From Candidatus Latescibacterota bacterium (GTDB taxonomy: Bacteria; Latescibacterota; UBA2968): DNA of 64,000 nucleotides. The notes below the pieces were generated by a model, which ran no database searches, was not told the DNA's origin, and worked only from the letters and a program-made list of their open reading frames with translations. The stretch lies in the NCBI GenBank assembly GCA_965207885.1, contig OZ242311.1:6016001-6080000 (forward strand), given 5' to 3'. How positions within the stretch are numbered: the stretch's first letter is position 1; every line of letters begins with the position of its first letter. The translations under genes were made by a program, and so were the position numbers. Positions 30,399 to 37,985 of this stretch are shown here, one piece after another.

Positions 30399-30626
30399 TT
30401 ATGACTCAACGGATTCCTCTAAATCGCCTGCCTTGAGTGCTTCATATTCGCGCAAGTCGTCCTCAAGGTCGGCAAGCTGGCTCTGGATTGCTTCCTTTCT
30501 TGCTTTGAGCAATAGCGGATGGATGCCTGAAGATTCAGCTACTTCCTTCTCCAGTTCCCGCAAAGCTTGTGAGAAACGATCAGCCTGAGCGCTGGTTATT
30601 TTGTACTGGTGCTCGTTTTTGATCAT
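30399..30626 (-). pseudogene. Truncated XRE-type antitoxin/regulator (N-terminal helical domain only)
   Basis: MIKNEHQYKIT..QADRF..AL...IHPLLLKA..EAIQSQLADLE..LREYE.LK; the HTH that usually follows is absent. Confidence 0.55.
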
Positions 30627-30656
30627 GTAATTCAGTTCGCCCTATTAGCATCGCAC

Positions 30657-30878
30657 TCAGGCTCTAATTTCACCGAGTGCGATGTCTTCGATGATGACCT
30701 GTTTGAATATCTCTGGATCATCTAGCCGCTTCATGGCGTCGAGAATTTCAATGCCCGCGAGGCGGTCTTCCTCATCGTAATCCAGCGCAATCCCGTCTTC
30801 GAGATGTTTCGTTGTCACTGTTGTTTCTTTGAAGCAAATGTACAGTGCATCCACCTCTCGATCATAAGATATTTTCAT
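30657..30878 (-). CDS. DUF2283 family protein (putative antitoxin)
   Basis: MKISYDREVDALYI...IALDYDEEDRLAGIEILDA; start ATG 30878. Confidence 0.85.
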   Translation of the reverse strand: MKISYDREVDALYICFKETTVTTKHLEDGIALDYDEEDRLAGIEILDAMKRLDDPEIFKQVIIEDIALGEIRA

Positions 30879-30919
30879 TGTTATTTTCTCAAAAAATCGA
30901 AGTTCGCAGGCGGTTGTTT

Positions 30920-31225
30920 TCAAGCAGGCTGATAGCGTTTGACTTCTATCTCATCAGCCCGCGCCCGCATTTGCGCGGCGTCGTACCACGCCTGCATTCG
31001 CAACAGTGTGTCCATGCTGATGCCAAAGGCTTTCTCAATACGCAGCGCCATCTCCGCAGATAGGGTCGCGCTGCTATTCAACAGGTCAGAAAGAGTGTCC
31101 TGAGGAACGCCCAGAATCTCAGCTACATCTGCGACGCTTAATCCCAACTCCTCGACGATTTCCGTGCGGATGAAATCGCCGGGATGCGAAGGCGTCATAG
31201 TTATCTTAATGCCGTTGTCAGCCAT
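30920..31225 (-). CDS. higA: HigA family antitoxin (HTH)
   Basis: PSHPGDFIRTEIVEELGLSV..AEILGV...LSAEMALRIEKAFG.S.DTLLRMQAWYD; start ATG 31225. Confidence 0.88.
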   Translation of the reverse strand: MADNGIKITMTPSHPGDFIRTEIVEELGLSVADVAEILGVPQDTLSDLLNSSATLSAEMALRIEKAFGISMDTLLRMQAWYDAAQMRARADEIEVKRYQPA

Positions 31226-31360
31226 TAGTGATAATCTTTCAAGTGTAATAAAAATCCCGCGCTGGAATGACCAGACGGGATTTTTGTAATGTACGCCAGT
31301 GTTTGGAACAAAAAACAAATTACGTCCTGATTTCGCCACTTGTACAACACCTGCCATTGT

Positions 31361-31579
31361 TTATCCGAGTTTAACCAGAATCAGCATTCCAAGTGTTACA
31401 ATCGTGGTGACCTGGATGCCGACCAGCCAACGAAAGTCTGTTCTGGCTGCTTGTTGAATTTGCTCAACGCGATTCTCAAGGCTTGTCAAGCGCGTGCTGA
31501 TTTGCTCAACAATGCCTTCAATACGGCTCAAGCGGGCGTCAAATTCTGCCAGCTTGTCTTGTGGTGTCGGAACCTGCAT
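31361..31579 (-). CDS. Small coiled-coil protein with C-terminal TM helix (DUF1640-like)
   Basis: RLSRIEGIVEQISTRLTSLENRVE...DFRWLVGIQVTTIVTLGMLIL; AGGAAAG RBS. Confidence 0.65.
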   Translation of the reverse strand: MQVPTPQDKLAEFDARLSRIEGIVEQISTRLTSLENRVEQIQQAARTDFRWLVGIQVTTIVTLGMLILVKLG

Positions 31580-31657
31580 GGAAAACGCTTTCCTGAATTT
31601 GGTAAGGGATTAGCAGACCTATCAGTAGCCACTGATTCTGAGCATTCATTTTTTCAC

Positions 31658-32088
31658 TTTCCTGTAGGAAGCCACGTCCTTTGGGCGTGGTCAGAGATAG
31701 TTGGCTTTGCCGTTAAGCCGTTTTGTGGGTATATTTCGCAGGTGCTATCGTAGCGCACACAAAGGCACTCTCTTTGAGAGTAAACGGTTTCGGTGTGGGA
31801 GAGCACACAAAACCCTCTCTGTGATGTTAGTTGAGAGGCAGATTTGGCAACAACAGCGGTATGGATTGCGGTTGTGTTGTCGTCAAATCTGATGGGCATA
31901 GTTAGGGGCCTGACCTCCCAAACCTGCGGTAGCAATCCGCTGCTGTCAACTGCCCTGAAGTCTCGCCACGCAGTGAGCGGTTTAAACCTAAGCCCTTGCT
32001 CGGATATGCTGCATTGCCTCCAATGGGTGGGTCAAGCACCTGGGGGTGTGGCAGGGACAAGCCACCTGCTCAGCAGGTGGTGGTTGAC
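31658..32088 (+). mobile_element. Non-autonomous IS200/IS605 mini-element (431 bp, no ORF) carrying an omegaRNA
   Basis: Left end: TCAC|TTTCCTGTAG-GAAG-CCACGTCC-TTT-GGGCGTGG. Right end: CAAG-CCACCTGC-TCA-GCAGGTGG-TGGT-TGAC|. The GAAG/TCAC and CAAG/TGAC pairs obey IS608 guide/cleavage-site pairing rules. Confidence 0.85.
31707..31735 (+). promoter_or_regulatory. Promoter inside the mini-element
   Basis: TTGCCG (31707-31712), 17 nt, TATATT (31730-31735). Confidence 0.6.
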
Positions 32089-32108
32089 AATTATCATCTC
32101 TGAATGAT
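31944..32108 (+). ncRNA. Stand-alone TnpB omegaRNA (reRNA) scaffold plus predicted guide AATTATCATCTCTGAATGAT
   Basis: Collinear with the TnpB right end at 45090-44986: TGTCAAC, CCT.AAGTCTCGCCA, CCAATGG, GTCAA.CACC.GGGG, identical TGTGGCAGGGACAAGCC, GTGGTTGAC. Confidence 0.8.
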
Positions 32109-32188
32109 TTAGCCTACTAACAGAGATATGTCAAGAGATATTTTTCTTTTACTGATTCGCTTCCGAAAAATGGCACAGTCTTATCCAT

Positions 32189-32275
32189 TCAATCCGATTC
32201 CTCAATAATTTCCATGCGGATGAAATCGCCGGGATGCGAAGGCGTCATGGTTATTTTAATGCCGTTGTCAGCCAT
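32189..32275 (-). pseudogene. Truncated second higA copy (28 aa)
   Basis: MADNGIKITMTPSHPGDFIRMEIIEESD*, nearly identical to the N-terminus of higA at 31225. Confidence 0.8.
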
Positions 32276-32447
32276 CAGTAATAATCTTCCAAATGTAATA
32301 AAAATCCCGCGCTGGAATAACCAGACGGGATTTTTGTAATGTACGCCAGTGTTTGGTAAGAAAAAAACAAATTACGTCCTGCTTTCGCCACTCTGAGCAG
32401 GCCATTGAGAGATTACCCGAGGGGCAACGATTTCCCATTTGCGTGAC

Positions 32448-33440
32448 TTATTGCCCTTTGACATTCGAATGGCTGTTTCCACCGCGTTTCGCGTCCCGGG
32501 CTTCCTCGTTGATGCGGCTTGTCTCTGACTCTGGGGGGAGGTTTTGAGTCTCATCATTCATCTCCTTGAATTGACCTACGAGGGTCAGTCCTTCGTTAAG
32601 CTTGGGGATTAGTGCATCAAAAATTGCATCTAATTCCGGTAACGGATTTTGAACCTTCAGTCCAATTTTTTTGGCTTCGTCCGAATCAATGACAAATCCA
32701 TGCTCAGGATATTCTTCCACTAAACTCTGTGCAATCTTTCTTGCTTCTTCTTCTGTGTGTTTTGAAGATAGCAAACGGATAGCATACTCTTCAGCTACTC
32801 GCAAAACGCGTGCCATTTGTGTATAGTGAACCGCGTCGATGTTTTCGATCAAGGGCCGTATAAAATTGGCTGTATATTCAAGGGTATGCGGCAAAATTGA
32901 ATCTATCTTTTTTCCCGTTCGCCCTATAAGCAGCCACATAGTCTGATCAAAAACCTCAATCGCAGCGGCATTTAATCTATGAAGAGTGTGAACCTCGTCA
33001 AGTGCCGAAATAATACCCTCTCTTTCAACATCTGCAAGTTGGGCGTCAAGTGGTCCCAACTCGGCATCTAACCCCATGCAAATGTGCTGTGCGCCCAGTG
33101 CCAAAAGCGTGGCTGCGCTTTTGGCATATCGGGGAATGAGGGCTATAAAACCGGCTCGCCGATTAAAAAGCCGAGCAATCTGATAAGCTACTCGCGCATC
33201 CCCGCCAAGTGAATCTATCAATAGCAGTGCTGGTTGTTCTGAGGATATCTCGCGCTTTCTTTCCAAAAATTCATGTTGCAACCCATCACGGATTGGGTTG
33301 TTGTCAAAGAGGAATAGCCAAAGTGGTAAGTTCTCAAATTGGTTTCGCAAATCACATAGCAGATGAACAAGGTCGTCGTCTAGTTCGCCTTCTTCTCCAG
33401 GATATATGTCAGCGATATATTTCTTCTGATTTTGAGACAT
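32448..33440 (-). CDS. SDH-family Clp-fold serine protease
   Basis: LLIDSLGG, IPRYAKSAATLLALGA, ELGPLDAQ, YPEHGFVI. Confidence 0.8.
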   Translation of the reverse strand: MSQNQKKYIADIYPGEEGELDDDLVHLLCDLRNQFENLPLWLFLFDNNPIRDGLQHEFLERKREISSEQPALLLIDSLGGDARVAYQIARLFNRRAGFIALIPRYAKSAATLLALGAQHICMGLDAELGPLDAQLADVEREGIISALDEVHTLHRLNAAAIEVFDQTMWLLIGRTGKKIDSILPHTLEYTANFIRPLIENIDAVHYTQMARVLRVAEEYAIRLLSSKHTEEEARKIAQSLVEEYPEHGFVIDSDEAKKIGLKVQNPLPELDAIFDALIPKLNEGLTLVGQFKEMNDETQNLPPESETSRINEEARDAKRGGNSHSNVKGQ

Positions 33441-33642
33441 TTATCTTTCTCCCAAACCAATCATCCCTAATGATTTAAGCCATTTTAAATAGATGTGTCA
33501 AGAGGTATTTTTGTTTCACTGATTCGCGTACTATGATCAGTGTGTTTAGTGAATGGCAACATCCAGGTCAATGTGCCGTAATCGTCCCTGCAGAACTCGT
33601 CTGGTTCTTGCAACGTCTTATTTTACATTGGATAGCAACGGG

Positions 33643-34486
33643 TCAGATTGAGGTCTTTTCTTCTGCTTCAGACAGAAATACGATAGCCGATGCTGTCATA
33701 TTTAACATGTAAGCAACGAGATGATTCGGCACAGCTTCCGGAGTTGTACCTTGCCCGTGCCCGCTCAATTTGTTGCGTCCGGTAGGTACACTACTCTCCA
33801 AAAGATTTCGCAGAGACGAATAGTGCGATTGCCAAAACGATGGGATCAGTCCGTTATCAAAACAAACCTGAATCAAGGGCTTTGAGGTTGCATTTTTACT
33901 GTAACTCCACCTTCTCTTGTCGCAAATCGTTTTCATTACGCTCTCGAATGCTTTTAGACATTCGTTGAGGGCTTCTTTGGCATTTCCTTTTCGATAGTGT
34001 TCGTGCGCTTTTAAGAACTCCTGTTGCGCTCCGGCATATTGCTTTTGGTCGAGCAATCTGAGCGCAGGCTTAACAATTTCAGTGTGAGTAAATTCAGAAT
34101 CGATGCGGATAATTTGTCCTTTTGTGAATTGATAGCTAACGCCATGCTCCTTAAATCTTTGATTTAATTCTTCTATTGCGTCATCGCGATCTATAAACCG
34201 AAATGACAATTCTACTGCATCAAGAACCTTTTCGATATTTTTTTCATTTAAAAAAATCAAAAAATTCTTTTCTATAATCTCTTGGATAGCCTGTCTCAGC
34301 CAGAAGAAAAACGCCATATTCACGACATAGAGTATTGACTATGAATTCATAATGCCTAAGAGTATCTCTCCAGATGTGAACTATCTGCACTCTGAGAGGA
34401 TTAGGAAGGTCATCATAAACATAGACATCAGGCATTTCTCCCCGAAGTCTCTTTTGACGCTTTGAGAATAGGTCAAATATAGCCAA
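33643..34486 (-). pseudogene. AbiJ-NTD plus HEPN-like (STM4504-like) protein split by a frameshift in a T7 tract
   Basis: MAIFDLFSKRQK..RGE.PDVYVYD.LP..LRVQIVHIW joins LNEKNIEKVLDAVELSF...ELNQRFKEHGV.YQF...RNKLSGHGQG. Frame change at A7 34250-34256. Confidence 0.75.
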
Positions 34487-34507
34487 GTCTAATTTCTCCT
34501 TTCAACT

Positions 34508-34696
34508 TCAACGACACTCCCTACACCAAGACTGCTTATGCCAGACATCTTCACCTTGGTGTATGTCATCTCTCTTGCGCCAACCGAACTCATCAATGGT
34601 GAGCAATTCTTGGCACTCGGGACAGCGCCATACTGGCGTTTCCCCTCCCTTATTATCTTGGATAACACCATCCGGCTCTGGCAATTTCACAAGCAT
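34508..34696 (-). CDS. Small zinc-finger protein
   Basis: CPEC...WCREC; AAGAAGG RBS; lies between the MTase and the HEPN gene. Confidence 0.55.
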   Translation of the reverse strand: MLVKLPEPDGVIQDNKGGETPVWRCPECQELLTIDEFGWRKRDDIHQGEDVWHKQSWCRECR

Positions 34697-34712
34697 TTTT
34701 ACCTTCTTGATT

Positions 34713-37700
34713 TTAATTTTTGCTTACGGTATTCATTCTGTACTTGACGTCGTAATTCACCAAATAATAGACTTCCTCTTCCGATAGACCGTAGTGTTCG
34801 GCAAGCACATGGTCAATTTTATCAATTAGAGACTTTGACTTTCCAACAAAATAGTTTATCTCTTTCCGTTCACTTCCATCTGCTCTCCGGCGTATTCGGA
34901 CTTCGGCGTTCCTTTCAAGGTCATCAATAAGCGAGTTGGATAATCTGTGAAGCCTTTTGTCTCCTATCATTGAATTAGGAACGGCAATCATATCTACGTC
35001 AGTACGGGTTACGTGGTAGCAATCTGAAAATACAATCCAAAGCCAATAGTAAAGCGAAGATGATAGTAAACACAGAATAGCATCCTCCGCCTTATTCTGT
35101 AGAGATAGTTCCTTATATTCGTTAGATAGCTTTTTTTTAATACATTTTCGAAAGTACCGCCCCCCACTATGATAGTAGATGGGACTTCGCGATCCTTTTG
35201 TCCTAAGACGAGCGAGTGGCTCGTATTGCATGATCTTGCTGAGAATATCTCGATCAATCTCCAACCCGATCTTGGGAAGAGCAGCAAAGGTCTCATAAAA
35301 GGAGGATTCAATATACGAGATTGTACTAAATAGATAATTTCTGGTAGATTCATTCCAGCGATTATATGAAGTTGTGAAGATTCGACCTCTGTTTTTCTTT
35401 TTATAGGACGTGCCAACCAAAATAGACAGGTTCATATCTACTCCAACGAATAATTTGGCTGGACGTACCGCAAAATTACTTATATGGATTGAGGAATTGT
35501 CAACTAATAGACGCATAAGTGGCAACATTCGTGGCGTTGAAATAGAACTAATCGGAACAATTACTCCATACCTTTGGTCCGATCTGAGAAGTTCCAAGAA
35601 TCGCTCTAAGCAGACCGCGTAGAGATTCCCTGCTCGGATAAGTTTTTTTGCTTGCAGAGAATATTGATCAGATATTTTTGATATTTCCACATACGGTGGA
35701 TTTCCTATGATTACGTCGAACCCACCTTTGTTCATAATCCCATAAAACTCGACGAACCAGTGGAAGGGCTGGTGACTGTCGCGCCATTGGGTGTACGCTT
35801 TTTCGTTATCTACCTTGACGCCGTAATCTTCGGCCAGGTATTCGTCTAATTCGTCGCGCAGGTCGTCGAGGCGTTCCTTCAGTTCCAATTTCGCGCTGGC
35901 GTATTTGTCGGCATCCATGCCGTGGGTGGTTTGCATTTCGCGGAATTGGCGGAAGGCGCGGTCGGCGATTTCTGCGCGTTCTTCTATTTGGGGAAGCGAC
36001 AATTGTTTTATCAGGTCGGTGCTGAGTACCTTTTGTACTTCTTCGAGCGATGTGAAGCCGACGAGGGTGTTGCCAGCGCGGATGTTGAAGTCGATGTCGG
36101 GTAGTGGCTCAATCTGGTCGTAGCTTTCCAGTTGCGCGACGAGTTTCAGAAATAGGCGCAGTTTGCAGATTTCCACGGCTTCGTCCATGATGTCAACGCC
36201 ATAGAGGTTGTCGATGATGATGGATTTGAGAATGAAGTAGCGTTCGCTGGCGTGTTCAGAGACCTGTTTTAGTACATTGGTGAAATCGCTCAGTTTATTT
36301 GGACTATGCTGGCGTGTTGAACGTTTCAGGTCGTCGAGGAATCCCCCCATGGCTTCCAGACAGGCTGTGTATATTGGCTCCAGGATGTTGAGTGCGGCGA
36401 ATAGGAATGCGCCGGAACCGCATGTTGGATCGAGTATGGAGACTCTGGTAATTGCTTTATAAAAGGCGCGAATGAGTTCTGGGCCTTCGCTGTCTTCAAT
36501 TGCGTTCAGGGCAAATTTTTCGATGTCCAGGTTGTAGGTGATGAGGTCGTTGATGGTGGTGACTTCGCCATCGGCGAGTTTGGCGTGGATTTCTTCGTAG
36601 CGTTGGCGGCGGGCAATGTGCTCGCGCCATGTTTCGGTTGGCAGGGCGTATTCGGATGGTGCGGGTTTGTTCCATTCACCACGTTGGGATATATCGTTTA
36701 GACCGACAGCTATTTCAGGTGGTAGTTCGTGCTTCTTTTCAAGGTTTTCTTTTTTGTGAATGTCATAAGTGATGCCGTGGCGCACGGCTTCGTAGAAATA
36801 CCGGTCTGGATCTTCCGATAACAACCGCCATATTGCGCCATCGGGTTTGAACGCGATGGCGCATTCCTTTTGCGCTTGGTCAAATAAGAACGGGATAATG
36901 GTGTTGCGGCTGATGTACCCGGTGATGTCCTCTTTTGTGTAATAGGCTCCCATTTGTTTCTGGTTGATGTATTTTTCGAAGATGTAGCCGAGCACATCGG
37001 GATTGATTTCATTGTCGTTACGAAGCGGGCGGTCGTCGAGGTACCACTGGTAGGCGTCGAAGAAATCAAAAATTTTCTGGAACGCTTCGTCGGGTATCTG
37101 TATTTCTGGATTGTCTCGCTCCAGATCGTGTACGTCGAATAAGCCGCCGTTGAGGTACGGGACTTTGCCGAGTAAGGCCGCCAACTCGGGGGCGCGGTCG
37201 GCTTCAGGTTGGCCCAATCCTTCGTGAAATAGCCTCATCAGGAATAGCCGGTAGAAGCTGTGGAAGTTGCCACCGCCTTGCTGCTGGCGTACTCTTTCCA
37301 AACGGTCGCGTAAGTAATTGAGGTTGTTGTCGAGAAAGCCGCGCTTTTGGATGAAGTAAATGAACATCATCCGATTCAACATCAGCGATGCGTACCATTC
37401 GCGGTCAGCAAGATTTTGGATTCCCGTGATGAAGTCCAGAAAAGCAGTGTGCTCTTTCTTGAAATGGTCATAGAATTTTTTGGTGACTTTATCGACATCA
37501 AAGGCCGCGTACACTTGGCTCATAACACCGGGAAGGGTAAGGTCTTCTTCTTCTTCCAATGCGAAGGCTATTGGTTCCAGCTTTTGTATTAAGGCTTCGC
37601 CTGGCTGATCCTGGTAATAGATATGCTGGCGGGTCCGGTCTGATCGTCCCGGCTCGCGTTTCACCCATTGCCAGTACAGCGTTTTGTCGTGGGAGACATA

Positions 37701-37976
37701 GATGATGATGTGCTCGCGGACGGTCTTGGTGACGATTCTTTCTATCTTTTGGCGGGTAGGATAGTCGGGGAAGATGTCGTCCGAGGCCTGTATGTACTGG
37801 TAGGCAACCATGCCGCGTTTGTGGGCAATGGCTTCGAGAGCGTACACATTGTCCGCAACCGTAGCTTCGATATTCGTTCCGCCGTAGTCCCAGCCGAGTT
37901 CTTCAATGAAGAGCATCTGGAGATTGAGGTTCTGTAGATATTGTTTGACTCTGTTTCTGTCGAGAGTTGTCGGCAT
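34713..37976 (-). CDS. Eco57I-like N6-adenine DNA methyltransferase (type IIG-like RM subunit)
   Basis: PYLNGGLF, GAYYT, ILDPTCGSGAF (motif I), YGVDI, FDVIIGNPPY (motif IV); C-terminal TRD. Confidence 0.9.
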   Translation of the reverse strand: MPTTLDRNRVKQYLQNLNLQMLFIEELGWDYGGTNIEATVADNVYALEAIAHKRGMVAYQYIQASDDIFPDYPTRQKIERIVTKTVREHIIIYVSHDKTLYWQWVKREPGRSDRTRQHIYYQDQPGEALIQKLEPIAFALEEEEDLTLPGVMSQVYAAFDVDKVTKKFYDHFKKEHTAFLDFITGIQNLADREWYASLMLNRMMFIYFIQKRGFLDNNLNYLRDRLERVRQQQGGGNFHSFYRLFLMRLFHEGLGQPEADRAPELAALLGKVPYLNGGLFDVHDLERDNPEIQIPDEAFQKIFDFFDAYQWYLDDRPLRNDNEINPDVLGYIFEKYINQKQMGAYYTKEDITGYISRNTIIPFLFDQAQKECAIAFKPDGAIWRLLSEDPDRYFYEAVRHGITYDIHKKENLEKKHELPPEIAVGLNDISQRGEWNKPAPSEYALPTETWREHIARRQRYEEIHAKLADGEVTTINDLITYNLDIEKFALNAIEDSEGPELIRAFYKAITRVSILDPTCGSGAFLFAALNILEPIYTACLEAMGGFLDDLKRSTRQHSPNKLSDFTNVLKQVSEHASERYFILKSIIIDNLYGVDIMDEAVEICKLRLFLKLVAQLESYDQIEPLPDIDFNIRAGNTLVGFTSLEEVQKVLSTDLIKQLSLPQIEERAEIADRAFRQFREMQTTHGMDADKYASAKLELKERLDDLRDELDEYLAEDYGVKVDNEKAYTQWRDSHQPFHWFVEFYGIMNKGGFDVIIGNPPYVEISKISDQYSLQAKKLIRAGNLYAVCLERFLELLRSDQRYGVIVPISSISTPRMLPLMRLLVDNSSIHISNFAVRPAKLFVGVDMNLSILVGTSYKKKNRGRIFTTSYNRWNESTRNYLFSTISYIESSFYETFAALPKIGLEIDRDILSKIMQYEPLARLRTKGSRSPIYYHSGGRYFRKCIKKKLSNEYKELSLQNKAEDAILCLLSSSLYYWLWIVFSDCYHVTRTDVDMIAVPNSMIGDKRLHRLSNSLIDDLERNAEVRIRRRADGSERKEINYFVGKSKSLIDKIDHVLAEHYGLSEEEVYYLVNYDVKYRMNTVSKN

Positions 37977-37985
37977 TTTATATCC

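Larger units (their letters stand above)
31149..32392. repeat. ~190-bp imperfect direct duplication (31149-31340 and 32199-32392)
   Basis: Both copies carry the higA 5' end, the last codons of a higB-like gene and the hairpin AAAAATCCCG...CGGGATTTTT; offset about 1050 bp. Confidence 0.9.

Noticed and set aside
31325-31345. tRNA-Leu-like fragment (GTGGCGAAAT) as an att site
   Set aside because: Match too short, with no T-arm or acceptor stem.
31658-32088. IStron (group I intron-IS fusion)
   Set aside because: I could not find P7 or other group I core motifs, the element ends in TGAC rather than an omega-G, and it is intergenic.
31654-32107. ORFs 31654-31935(-), 31701-31892(+), 31844-32107(+), including a faint ash/c4-like AVVAKSA resemblance
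   Set aside because: No RBS or convincing family motifs; the region is better explained by IS ends, a promoter and RNA stems.
33452-33480. Paralogous promoter as target of the mini-element guide
   Set aside because: Only a partial match with seed mismatches and a gap, and no TCAC 5' of it.
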